From a virus (taxonomy: Duplodnaviria > Caudoviricetes), in the IMG/VR virus record IMGVR_UViG_3300030102_001761, positions 1-24,321 of that record: 24,321 nt of DNA. One strand, written 5' to 3'. The notes beneath the pieces are model-generated. The model was not told where the DNA came from and ran no database searches. It was given only the letters and a program-made list of their open reading frames with translations. Within the stretch, counting starts at the first letter, position 1. Each line of letters starts with the position of its first letter. This document shows, piece after piece, positions 1-8,900 of this stretch. Both the position numbers and the translations under genes were made by a program.

Positions 1-1505
1 GTGGGTTCATCCACAGGCAGACCAGCACCTTCTCTTAAACTTCTTGCCAATCTATCGGCAATCATATTCGCACCACCCGGATTTGTTCCGGCAAGTTCTT
101 TTAGTTGCTGCATATTAACATCAAGTTCCTTATACATCTCAACGGCTTGCGCTTGGTCGATGTTAGGATCTGTCTCAACATAATATTGTACAAGGTCATC
201 AAGAGTAACATCATCGATGTCTCTGGTCTTGCCACCTGTAAAGGTTACCGTTTCTTTACCAAGACGTTTAGTTATATTCTCTGGTAGAAGTTCCCTTACA
301 ACTCTAGGACTTAGGTCGACTGAACGTGTCAGCCCTTCGTCAAGAAGGTCTGAGATTTCATATATCTCTTCGGCAGTAGCACGGGTAGGCTTGCCCATAA
401 GACGGATAAGACGCCGCTTTTCCTTGCCTGTGAGGGGGAATGCCATGATGACCGCAGTTCTTTCACGAGGGTCAAGAGTTATTAAGTTACTCTGAACTTC
501 CTGTTGTATATCGCGAATCCTTTCTTGTCTGGCTAGTGTTTGTCTGGAGCCATACAGTCTAGTATATATTTCTGATGCCTTACGCTCGATGTCTTCTGGA
601 GAAAGGATGGATATGTCACCAAACAATTCTTCTTCTTCTACTGCGAGGTCTGCCTCAAGTTGCGCAATCTGTTCTGTTAGTTCTGGATACTCGGCAACAT
701 AATCAGCATAGGTCTTGGGTTGACCGGGGGCACCGGGTGCACCGGGCACACTAACCTGTGGTGCAGCAATATCAGTAGCAGTAGCGTCGGCTCTAGCACG
801 AGCAAGGAAAGGAGTAACTCCATCTGGGTCAGCCAGTAAGGAGGCAACACCCGGTTCAAAGCCAAATGCTTCTGTCATAGCCAGAGCCACATCTTGAGGG
901 CTTACTTTATCTGAACCATACTTGTCGATGAAAGAAGGTAAAGAAGTTTTATATGCACTCTCTAGACCAGCAAGTCTCTCGACTTGTGAAAGAGTGTCAC
1001 CAACACCAGCAGGGTAGGCTTCTCTCATAGCCTTATCAATATCTGCTGCCACTCCTTCTTTTGCTTTGGTACTAGTAGCCGTCACTGACCTGCCTGTAGC
1101 AGTGCCTCGTGTAGGATCAATCAGAGCATCAGCCATTCTTTTTCCTGTGCCCTCGACCGTAGCCTTTCTTATCATATCATCAAAGTCATCACCCTTACGA
1201 TCTGCTTCCCTAGCACCGGCAACAGCAGCCTCTGATGTAAGTCTAGCATTCTGTCTAGCAGCAGCGGCAGAATCTTTTTGTATCTGTAGCGCAGTCCTAG
1301 CATCTGCTTGGATCTGATCTCTAATAAGAGAGTCTAGTGTTGACTTTGCATCTGCAAGTCTGCGCAGTTTACGGTTAAGAAGATTAACCTTTGCAGCGCT
1401 AGGGAGTTTTGCATACTCATCCTTGAGCACACTTTCATAGATACGCATATAGTTTGCTTCGTTGCTCTGCATATCCATTGCAATTATTTCTGCTACTGTA
1501 GGCAT
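1..1505 (-). CDS. Putative internal virion/ejection protein, 3'-truncated (>=501 aa), not in the ORF track
   Basis: The ATG at 1505 overlaps the TGA of the upstream gene (TGATG). I translated the frame by hand (MPTVAEIIAMDMQSNEANYMRIYESVLKDEYAK...GAGLPVDEP) and found no stop before the window edge. It is Ala/Glu/Asp-rich and helical-looking and lies after the tail genes, where podoviruses place ejection proteins. Confidence 0.75.
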   Translation of the reverse strand, partial: MPTVAEIIAMDMQSNEANYMRIYESVLKDEYAKLPSAAKVNLLNRKLRRLADAKSTLDSLIRDQIQADARTALQIQKDSAAAARQNARLTSEAAVAGAREADRKGDDFDDMIRKATVEGTGKRMADALIDPTRGTATGRSVTATSTKAKEGVAADIDKAMREAYPAGVGDTLSQVERLAGLESAYKTSLPSFIDKYGSDKVSPQDVALAMTEAFGFEPGVASLLADPDGVTPFLARARADATATDIAAPQVSVPGAPGAPGQPKTYADYVAEYPELTEQIAQLEADLAVEEEELFGDISILSPEDIERKASEIYTRLYGSRQTLARQERIRDIQQEVQSNLITLDPRERTAVIMAFPLTGKEKRRLIRLMGKPTRATAEEIYEISDLLDEGLTRSVDLSPRVVRELLPENITKRLGKETVTFTGGKTRDIDDVTLDDLVQYYVETDPNIDQAQAVEMYKELDVNMQQLKELAGTNPGGANMIADRLARSLREGAGLPVDEP

Positions 1506-2167
1506 CAGTTACCCCCCAACAGTTGGTCAAGTCTTATAAATTCTTCTTCTTCCGCTAAGTCCCGTAATTGCCCTTTAGCCTTTAAACGATCATACTCTGC
1601 TTTATCAAACTCTGATACTGCACCAAACTCCCCAGCCATCAGTTCTCTGTCAGCCTCATATGCTTTTCTTTGTTGGTCTAGGGCAACAGCACCTAGCCCT
1701 TCGCCAATAGCCCCCAGACCAGCAGCAGCAGCCCCACCAATAGCCGCTGTAGCCTGTGCTCCTGCCTCTATACCTGCTGTCTCATACTGCTCTCTGGCTC
1801 TACGCTTCTCTGCCATAGTGGCAGCCTCAACACCAGCAATCATTTTTCCTATGTCCATCTGGCTCTTTCTGGCTTGCTCACCTGCTTGCTTCTGGACTCT
1901 AAGGATATCACCACCAGATACTTGACCACCTGTATAGAAGTCAGCCATACGAGAATAAAGTTCTCTCTGTCCTGCCTGAACAGCACCGAGACCAGCAGCC
2001 TCTAACTCTAATCGTTGCTCACGAGAGAGACCCGGCGTTCTACTAAGTTCCGATATACGGTCTTCTATTGCTTTCTTTCTTTTCTGTGTAGCCGCTACCT
2101 GCGTGCCGGCTGCTGTGGCTGCGGCTGCTATGGTCGCTACTAATGCTGCGATCTCTACTCCGGTCAT
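1505..2167 (-). CDS. Putative small ejection (pilot) protein, 220 aa
   Basis: Hydrophobic Ala-rich N-terminus (MTGVEIAALVATIAAAATAAG), Gln/Glu coiled-coil, Gly/Ala-rich hydrophobic segment. RBS ATAGGAG. Position matches P22 gp7/T7 gp14-like proteins. Confidence 0.6.
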   Translation of the reverse strand: MTGVEIAALVATIAAAATAAGTQVAATQKRKKAIEDRISELSRTPGLSREQRLELEAAGLGAVQAGQRELYSRMADFYTGGQVSGGDILRVQKQAGEQARKSQMDIGKMIAGVEAATMAEKRRAREQYETAGIEAGAQATAAIGGAAAAGLGAIGEGLGAVALDQQRKAYEADRELMAGEFGAVSEFDKAEYDRLKAKGQLRDLAEEEEFIRLDQLLGGN

Positions 2168-2174
2168 ACCTTGA

Positions 2175-2200
2175 CTCCTATATAATAAAACATTTGTCTA
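2175..2200 (-). promoter_or_regulatory. Copy of recurring late-promoter-like motif (TAGACA-N7-TATTAT)
   Basis: Minus strand TAGACAAATGTTTTATTATATAGGAG in the 33-nt gap before the ejection genes; one of five copies. Confidence 0.55.
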
Positions 2201-3022
2201 TTATGATCCTGATTGAAACGATTCAACAATGACACCTGTTGTTCCCGTGATTGCTAATTGATAATCTGATACTGCACCCAGACATATATGATGCCAACCC
2301 GGTTGCAGGTTTTCTTTTACTATGTGGAATGAGATGTGCTGTAAGAATGCCATCTGTGCCTTCTTGCCATTCGATCTAATCCTTGTTCCCATCTCATCTA
2401 ATATCGCCCAAGATGTATCTGCTTCAGCACGATACATAGCAAAGGCATCGATGTAACTGGTAAGCCCACCCTGCTGTCCATCAGATGAACTGTTATAAAT
2501 AGAGTCTGGTATGAATGCTGGCTGGTACCAGAACTCTACTATGCAATCTGCTGACTTCTCTAGATAAAAAGAAACACCTGTCTTTGGTAGGCAGGTAATC
2601 ATCTCACCAGTAAGATATCCAGAAGCAGAACCAGAACTCTTCTCCGCAATGCGAGGATGGGACAGGTTGGTAATGAGACCATTATAAGAAGTTCCTATAG
2701 GGAATGCTAAATCGAATGGACTACCAGATGACCACGCTTCACCGTTTATTAAACTAAAATCATTACACACAGCAGCAGTTGTGCCTGAACATCCAACAGC
2801 CATGATGTCAAACTTAGATGGACCGGTCTTAGATACTTCTAGTTTCTTTAGTTCTTTAGGTCCGAAGTAGCGGTTGGTGGTACCTCGCGTAGCATTGACA
2901 TATATATCAGACGACGCTAGCCCCCTGTTAATCTCTGACCTTAACTTTTTAAAGTTTGCCTCTTGCGAAGTTGCTGTAAAGGCTTCATCATCAGACCAAG
3001 TTTTAACTCTAGTAAATGCCAT
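2201..3022 (-). CDS. Putative tail appendage protein 3 (273 aa; start corrected to ATG 3022)
   Basis: The ATG follows the TAA of the upstream gene (TAAGATG). The N-terminus TWSDDEAFTATSQEANFKKLRSEINRGL resembles phage fibre/spike anchor motifs, and the C-terminus is beta-rich. Confidence 0.55.
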   Translation of the reverse strand: MAFTRVKTWSDDEAFTATSQEANFKKLRSEINRGLASSDIYVNATRGTTNRYFGPKELKKLEVSKTGPSKFDIMAVGCSGTTAAVCNDFSLINGEAWSSGSPFDLAFPIGTSYNGLITNLSHPRIAEKSSGSASGYLTGEMITCLPKTGVSFYLEKSADCIVEFWYQPAFIPDSIYNSSSDGQQGGLTSYIDAFAMYRAEADTSWAILDEMGTRIRSNGKKAQMAFLQHISFHIVKENLQPGWHHICLGAVSDYQLAITGTTGVIVESFQSGS

Positions 3023-3023
3023 C

Positions 3024-3785
3024 TTAAGAACTCCCCGACCTACGGTCAACTGCGAATGTGCCTCGCCATCCACTCACTACTGCTACTGCATCTGCATCAC
3101 ACTTGATGGCTATCCTTGTGCCATATATAATATCATCTGCTGCTAAGATCTTAATACCTGACCAGTTGCCCGTAACAAAGTGTCTATTAGAAACCGACAT
3201 AGTAGTATCTTGATCAGAAAGAATATTAGAGTTGCCGCCGAACTGAATCTCTCCAGCAGTAGCAAAGTCAGTCCATCCACCTAATGTACCACCAGAGTTA
3301 GTGGTAGCATACTGCATCTTAACATTAATAATATCATCAGAGGCTGCGGTAACACCTGCTCCTACTTGACAGTGGATAGCAATACTAAAGTGCGCACGCA
3401 TCACATCATATTGTTTAAGTGAGTAACCAGTGTTGGTATTAAATAATTGTTCTGATGTTGCACCGGTGCTTACTACTACAGTGGTATAGGTACCTGCATT
3501 GGCGTTGTTAAAAGTATTAGTGGTGTTGAAGATAGAGCCATCAGTTGTATTAATATGGAGGATGCCGCTGACTGCTTTAGAGTTCTGTACTTGGTGACCT
3601 GTAGTAAAGGCTGTATTGGGCAATGTAAGGTTATGGCGTATGATGCCACCTTCCATAACATTTGTTTTATCTATGTCATTTGCACCTAAAGCATCCTCAA
3701 ACTTTTGCATAGTAGTATTAAGGTCTGTAGTCTCAAGGAGATCATAGTCCTTATCATATACTGTTACGCCTTCTACCTTAGCCAT
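3024..3785 (-). CDS. Putative tail appendage protein 2 (253 aa)
   Basis: Thr/Asn/Gly-rich, beta-rich ORF in the tail block; RBS GGAG; N-terminal anchor-like segment (LLETTDLNTTMQKFEDALG...GGI). Confidence 0.55.
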   Translation of the reverse strand: MAKVEGVTVYDKDYDLLETTDLNTTMQKFEDALGANDIDKTNVMEGGIIRHNLTLPNTAFTTGHQVQNSKAVSGILHINTTDGSIFNTTNTFNNANAGTYTTVVVSTGATSEQLFNTNTGYSLKQYDVMRAHFSIAIHCQVGAGVTAASDDIINVKMQYATTNSGGTLGGWTDFATAGEIQFGGNSNILSDQDTTMSVSNRHFVTGNWSGIKILAADDIIYGTRIAIKCDADAVAVVSGWRGTFAVDRRSGSS

Positions 3786-3798
3786 TGATTAATCTCCA

Positions 3799-4389
3799 TC
3801 ATCTATAGATGTTCCTAGCCCATGAGTATACAGATTTTACAGTAAAGAAGTTTGTATCTTGTCCCTGCCATCTGAAACCGTGGGGTTTAATAATAACGTT
3901 AAACACTGGGCTTCCGCTCATTATAGGAGTAAAGAAAGGAATAGTTGTTGTGTGATATCCCTTGCCTATAAAGTTTGTATCGGCAACCTTTCGTCCTGCT
4001 ATGAACAGTTCTATATTATAATAGTTTTTTAACTGGCTGGCTGCATTGCCATTGGGGGTCGACCATGCCCCTATGTTATCTATGACTAGCGTAAGTGACC
4101 CACGAAGAAATCCTTCTTTAACTCCAGTGATTGTACCTGAAGCAACTGATCCTTTACCAGCAAGCATATCATTCTGCGTAAGAGTTTGATCTGTAGTCGA
4201 ATCAACAAGAGTATAATACTTGCTCATAGGATTCATAGAGACAGCAGTATAATCTATCGATTGATCAGGCAACTCGGTATGCTGCAATCCGCCATTGATA
4301 ATATTAATATTCTCTTGTGTCTGGGCATTGAGACCTGTACCTGTGATAGCCTCGCCCTCACCCCATTGCTGACCGGGTATGATCTTCAT
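3799..4389 (-). CDS. Putative tail appendage protein 1 (196 aa)
   Basis: TAATG coupling to the nozzle gene; RBS AAGGAGG; N-terminus QWGEGEAITGTGLNAQTQENINIINGGL. Confidence 0.55.
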   Translation of the reverse strand: MKIIPGQQWGEGEAITGTGLNAQTQENINIINGGLQHTELPDQSIDYTAVSMNPMSKYYTLVDSTTDQTLTQNDMLAGKGSVASGTITGVKEGFLRGSLTLVIDNIGAWSTPNGNAASQLKNYYNIELFIAGRKVADTNFIGKGYHTTTIPFFTPIMSGSPVFNVIIKPHGFRWQGQDTNFFTVKSVYSWARNIYR

Positions 4390-6812
4390 TAGTATACCCC
4401 TCCTTGATTGTTAGCCACAGTATTAAACTTAGCCTGATAGGTCTTCAACTCGCCCTTGTATCTATAGTTAACTTTATATCCTAGCACACATACCTTCATA
4501 CCCAAGTTGAGAGCAGGTGTGATTACTGATCCCTTCTCATCTAGCACCAGACTAGCAGCATTGGTAGATGAAGTTTCTATCTGGAACTGGAAGGCAACAG
4601 CGTGTAGTGGTGCTACATCATAACGAACAGTTAACATTCTTACTGGTCCAGCAGACTCAGCCTTAGCAAACGTAGCAGAAGATCCCTGTGTCTGTGTAAG
4701 ATAAAAAGATCCATATGGTTCTCGCTCTGCATTCCTTATCATAGTAGATACAGTGCCATCACTATACTGGATTGGATATCTATCGTAGTCAATAAAACAA
4801 TTGAGTTGTGGCTTGGCTTGACCACCAGTCTCTACGTAATCTATCTCTACAGAGAGAACTTCTTTTTTATAATCATCATCGCCAAAGTCTAGCCATGCTG
4901 TAGCAAACCTAGTGTTGGGTGGTTGCCGCTCTGCATAGGTGGGTGACTCTGCTGTACCTGTAACTTTTATTCCCCACGTTGGTCTGCCACACCATACCTG
5001 CAACCCATTGTTAACATCATAGTTAATTGCATTGTCCTCATACCCAGAGATGTTAGCGATAGTTGTCTCGTAGTTAGAACCAAATAAAGTAAAGCCCTCT
5101 GGCAACTGCGTGAAGCAGGCTGCTGGCACGTTCTGTCTAACAGTCCAAGTCTTGATAGGGGCGTGGTATATGAAGCCCGTCATAGGGTCGTTAAAGCCGT
5201 CTGTGGGTAGGCTACACCAATACTCTTGGTCCCTAGTGTTATAGGTAGATGCTGCCACCTGACAGTTGATTAAGTTTGTATTGTCTAGGTATCCGCCAAG
5301 CCCATCAGAGATAGAAAGTATTTTAACTTGGTCATACTGTGGGTTGCCTGAGATTGCATAGAAACCATTCTGTCCTAGGAAGACAACACCTGTTCCCGGT
5401 ACGAACTGAATACTCTTATGTGCTATGCAACCTATGCTATCTGATATAGTGGTAAGATAAAAGCCACCTCTCTCATCTGGGATTAGAGCAAAGATGCCAC
5501 GCAGAGCAAAGATATATAATATGTTGGCTGAAGGGAAGAGCCCCGTGATCTCCCCTACCCCATAGCCAGAGATATTATAATAGTTGTCATTACCGAACTG
5601 TTCAAACCTACCAGACTCTGAATAGTAAACAGCAGTAGAGTCTGTGCCACCAGCAAGAACAAGTTTATTTCCCCATAGAGTTGCGAACCTAGTATCAATA
5701 GGCAAGGTACCAGTCTCATTAATAGTAGGCATCTCTGATGCTAGGTTAACATCAGATACTATGTCAAGATAAAAGGTCTCGCAGTTGTTGGGTATCTCAT
5801 CAACATAATAATATGTTTCCTCTGCCGGGGCTGAGGCTGGGTCTATGCTAAACAGATTTAAGTTCTTTGTTCTGTATATCCTACGGGTAAGTGTTCCCTC
5901 TGGACCTATGGGTATGTTAGTGATAGGCAGGAAGAAGCGCGAAGAGGATAAGTTAAATGATTCTGTGTTCTCTTCATCGCCACCATCACCATCCATCTGC
6001 CCTAGCCAACTAATAAGTTTGCTTGCCTCGCTTGCAGGGCTCTCACTACCAGTGTCACTTACATATGCAATCTTATACTTGTATGAACACTTAAGGTTAT
6101 GAAGTAAGTTCTTTTGTAAATCGTGAGCAAGGTCAGCATCAGTTAAGTCACCGAACTGTGCTCCCGGATCCATACCAGCAGAGTTACCGTAACCCCATAT
6201 ACCTACTGAGAATGTACCAGTCTCTGTATCGGTGGTGGTGAATGCCCAGTTGTATGTAGAATCATCAACACCACCCATAGATATTCTTCCCGGCTGGATA
6301 GGAGTGCAAGGAGGAGGTGTGACAGCATAGCCAAATGGTTCTATCCTATTGCGATTAAAGAACTTTAAAGGTCTGTTGCCGGGGATGTTAAATATGATAA
6401 CGTAGTTGCCAGCGTCAATATACTGTATGCCGGGGTCTGTTACGGATCTGTTATTGATTCCATACTCCTGCTGCACTTCCAATGGCTTAGTTAGTATGGT
6501 TCCTGTGTTGTTCTGGTTCTTAATATACTTGATTGCTGTAGGGGTTTCGTAGATTATATATCTTTCTGACCCTCCGTTCTTTTCCCATGCGTATACTGAC
6601 CAGACTACTTCTGATTCTACAAAGTTTGATGTTGCTGCTACATCTAATTCTTCATTGTAAGGTACCCATCCTCTGTCGTTAACAAAGCCCATTAGTCTGG
6701 GATCATAACGCCAGTTCTCTGCGACCCAAGCAGAGTTTTGATTTTGTGCCCTCAGCCTTCTTTCTATACCAATCAGGTTAGGCTGCTCAAATGTTCTATC
6801 TACTTTGGACAT
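4389..6812 (-). CDS. Tail nozzle/stabilisation protein (tail tubular protein B-like; P22 gp10/T7 gp12 position), 807 aa
   Basis: Size and position after the adaptor; beta-propeller-like segments (KLVLAG...VYYSESGRFEQF, EITGLF...LYIFALRGIF, IGCIAHKSI...VVFLGQNGFY); inserted YKYKIAYV..G.ES...RRIYRT module. Confidence 0.7.
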   Translation of the reverse strand: MSKVDRTFEQPNLIGIERRLRAQNQNSAWVAENWRYDPRLMGFVNDRGWVPYNEELDVAATSNFVESEVVWSVYAWEKNGGSERYIIYETPTAIKYIKNQNNTGTILTKPLEVQQEYGINNRSVTDPGIQYIDAGNYVIIFNIPGNRPLKFFNRNRIEPFGYAVTPPPCTPIQPGRISMGGVDDSTYNWAFTTTDTETGTFSVGIWGYGNSAGMDPGAQFGDLTDADLAHDLQKNLLHNLKCSYKYKIAYVSDTGSESPASEASKLISWLGQMDGDGGDEENTESFNLSSSRFFLPITNIPIGPEGTLTRRIYRTKNLNLFSIDPASAPAEETYYYVDEIPNNCETFYLDIVSDVNLASEMPTINETGTLPIDTRFATLWGNKLVLAGGTDSTAVYYSESGRFEQFGNDNYYNISGYGVGEITGLFPSANILYIFALRGIFALIPDERGGFYLTTISDSIGCIAHKSIQFVPGTGVVFLGQNGFYAISGNPQYDQVKILSISDGLGGYLDNTNLINCQVAASTYNTRDQEYWCSLPTDGFNDPMTGFIYHAPIKTWTVRQNVPAACFTQLPEGFTLFGSNYETTIANISGYEDNAINYDVNNGLQVWCGRPTWGIKVTGTAESPTYAERQPPNTRFATAWLDFGDDDYKKEVLSVEIDYVETGGQAKPQLNCFIDYDRYPIQYSDGTVSTMIRNAEREPYGSFYLTQTQGSSATFAKAESAGPVRMLTVRYDVAPLHAVAFQFQIETSSTNAASLVLDEKGSVITPALNLGMKVCVLGYKVNYRYKGELKTYQAKFNTVANNQGGVY

Positions 6813-6824
6813 CTATTGTTATCC

Positions 6825-8348
6825 TTAACTGGTGTAAGTTACTGTGTATCTAGGGAAGCGAGCACGGTTGAAGATTGAACCAAACCTTTGTGACTGACCA
6901 CGTTGTACAACTGAATCCATATTGGTTGCATACCTACTGTCTAGTCTGCGTAGTAAAGTTTCATACTTCTTCTTGTGCAGTTCTGCCAGAGTTGGATTTG
7001 CGAATCTCATATAGATCTGTTGCAGGACTAACTCTACTATGATCTGATGAAAGTTCTCTGGGATTGCAGGTATGTCTGAATCCTTTCTTAGTTCTTGTGG
7101 TTTGTATATGTAACGTAGTGTGAAGTAGTTTAAGTTTCTATTGTCCTCTGCAACATAGTCTGTAGAAAGATATGTTTTGTCTCCTCCGGTAGGTCTTGGA
7201 TAGAAACGAATAACCTTTTGTGTTCCTCCGTGATGTGCGTATCGCGGACGGAAGCGTTGTTCTGTATCAATGTTTACTGTGGAACCAGCGACTGCTTTAC
7301 GTAAGGGTAATGCGTGATTGGGTGAGGTGCCCGACGAGGCTGGCAGTGTCCAGAACTTATCTGCTTGCGAACCATTATCATAATTGGGATACCAGACATA
7401 AGCGCCATCGTCTTGTTTGATACCAAGATAAATAACTGGGGCTTTGTTAGCCCACTCAGTTGAACCGATCAAGGCTGAGGCAGCATAAGTATATTGTATT
7501 CTTGTGTTGCCTGTGAGCCCGCTAGCGACCGTTAGGATGGCTGACTCTATACCTGTCTCGAAGTCGTAGGTAGAAACGCCTACAGCATACGTTGTGCCTG
7601 CGACAAGGCTACCGCCTGATGTAATGGTAGCAGTAGTCAACCACTCCAATGGTTCTGTGTTACCAAAGTTAAGTGGAACATAATAGGTAGGCTTGGCTGC
7701 TGTCTGGTTAAGTCTAAGGTTTGCATCTACATCCATACGTGGTGGGATAGAAAATGTTTTACCTTGTCTCGAAGCATTCGTTATTGTACTGTCTCTGAAT
7801 GTGATATCCATAATCTCAATCAGATCCTGTGGAAGAACATAGTCTTGCTTAGCAACAGTCCAGTTAGTTGAAGTGGTTGTTGCCTCTGCTGAAGTTCCTC
7901 TCCAGTCTTCACCCAGTGTCCAAGTAATACCATTGTGGCTCTTACCGAGTGCATAGTTTCTATTGTTTCCATCCTGTAGGATGAGAGGATACATACCAAT
8001 ATGGTATGGGTTTTCTTTTGACATCAAGGGATCTATATGATTGCCCTCGACAAAGATAGCAGGCTTGGTTCCCTGTGCTGCAAAGGTAGCGGTTGTTGAT
8101 CTGTCCGTAACCCCTAGGGTATTGTATCTGCCACCTGCTGTGGTCTCTACTGTATTGTAAGAAAGTTCTGTGAAGATTGGAATGTCTAATTGTTTTTCAT
8201 TAAACTCGTAGGCGCGGCGATTCCAAACCTCCATATACGCATCTTGTATTGCACTATTAACATAGTTGGTATAGCCAGTAGCAACTGAATCATCAGGAGC
8301 ATACTCACTCTGTTGTAAGATCTTATTTCTTATCTGTTGTCTATTCAT
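6825..8348 (-). CDS. Head-tail adaptor (tail tubular protein A-like) with large insertions, 507 aa
   Basis: Adaptor-like helical ends (YVNSAIQDAYMEVW; DYVLPQDL; IRFYPRP...LRYIYKPQEL..DSDIPAIPENFHQIIVE) and position between capsid and nozzle genes. Confidence 0.6.
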   Translation of the reverse strand: MNRQQIRNKILQQSEYAPDDSVATGYTNYVNSAIQDAYMEVWNRRAYEFNEKQLDIPIFTELSYNTVETTAGGRYNTLGVTDRSTTATFAAQGTKPAIFVEGNHIDPLMSKENPYHIGMYPLILQDGNNRNYALGKSHNGITWTLGEDWRGTSAEATTTSTNWTVAKQDYVLPQDLIEIMDITFRDSTITNASRQGKTFSIPPRMDVDANLRLNQTAAKPTYYVPLNFGNTEPLEWLTTATITSGGSLVAGTTYAVGVSTYDFETGIESAILTVASGLTGNTRIQYTYAASALIGSTEWANKAPVIYLGIKQDDGAYVWYPNYDNGSQADKFWTLPASSGTSPNHALPLRKAVAGSTVNIDTEQRFRPRYAHHGGTQKVIRFYPRPTGGDKTYLSTDYVAEDNRNLNYFTLRYIYKPQELRKDSDIPAIPENFHQIIVELVLQQIYMRFANPTLAELHKKKYETLLRRLDSRYATNMDSVVQRGQSQRFGSIFNRARFPRYTVTYTS

Positions 8349-8362
8349 TTACCCCGCCTCGT

Positions 8363-8400
8363 AAAAAACCCCCTAGCCCAGAACGAGCCAGACTAGGGGG
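8363..8400 (-). terminator. Rho-independent terminator after the capsid/decoration genes
   Basis: Minus strand CCCCCTAGTCTGG-CTCGTT-CTGGGCTAGGGGG-TTTTTT: 13-bp stem with G-U pairs plus U6. Confidence 0.85.
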
Positions 8401-8429
8401 AGTTTGCCCTCAAAGGAGGGCATTATATA

Positions 8430-8900
8430 TTAACTGAAGAGTCCGAACACCCAAACGTCAGCCTTGTCACTCGAAGGAGCCTCAAGGGTCTGCGCCACCG
8501 GAGGAACTAGATCATTAGTCCCAGCCGCTTGGCATCGACCAGCAGTCCCCGAAGGAACCACCGCCACACCAGCACCCGCTGCATCAGCAACGTTAGCGCC
8601 TTCGGCGTAGCCTTTGATAACAACTTCGCAGAGGTCATCAGCAGCAGCGTCTGTACCCGAACCATTGTGAGCAATCATAACACCGATTGCAACTTTGGAA
8701 CCAGCACCACCAGAGTTTGCCTTCTGGATTTTAACAACCCGGTCAGACCCGGTCACGGCAGAGTCAGCAACCTGAAACGCAACGAAGTCACCGATTGCAA
8801 TAGCACCAGTGGCGAAGAAGCGCTCAGTCACACGACGGTTGGAAGGACCAACATCCGTACTCGGAGCATCAAGGTATTGAATAAGAGATGAAGTAGCCAT
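8430..8900 (-). CDS. Capsid decoration/cement protein (156 aa; start corrected to ATG 8900)
   Basis: TAATG overlap with the capsid stop; Ala/Gly/Val-rich with AIAIGDFV...AIGV...A..D..EV...G pattern typical of decoration proteins; GC-rich codon usage like the capsid gene. Confidence 0.7.
   Translation of the reverse strand: MATSSLIQYLDAPSTDVGPSNRRVTERFFATGAIAIGDFVAFQVADSAVTGSDRVVKIQKANSGGAGSKVAIGVMIAHNGSGTDAAADDLCEVVIKGYAEGANVADAAGAGVAVVPSGTAGRCQAAGTNDLVPPVAQTLEAPSSDKADVWVFGLFS

Noticed and set aside
2175-2200. T7-type single-subunit RNAP promoter (TATA|GGAG ending)
   Set aside because: The five motif copies lack the near-identical ~23-bp conservation of T7-like promoters, and no phage RNAP gene is visible.
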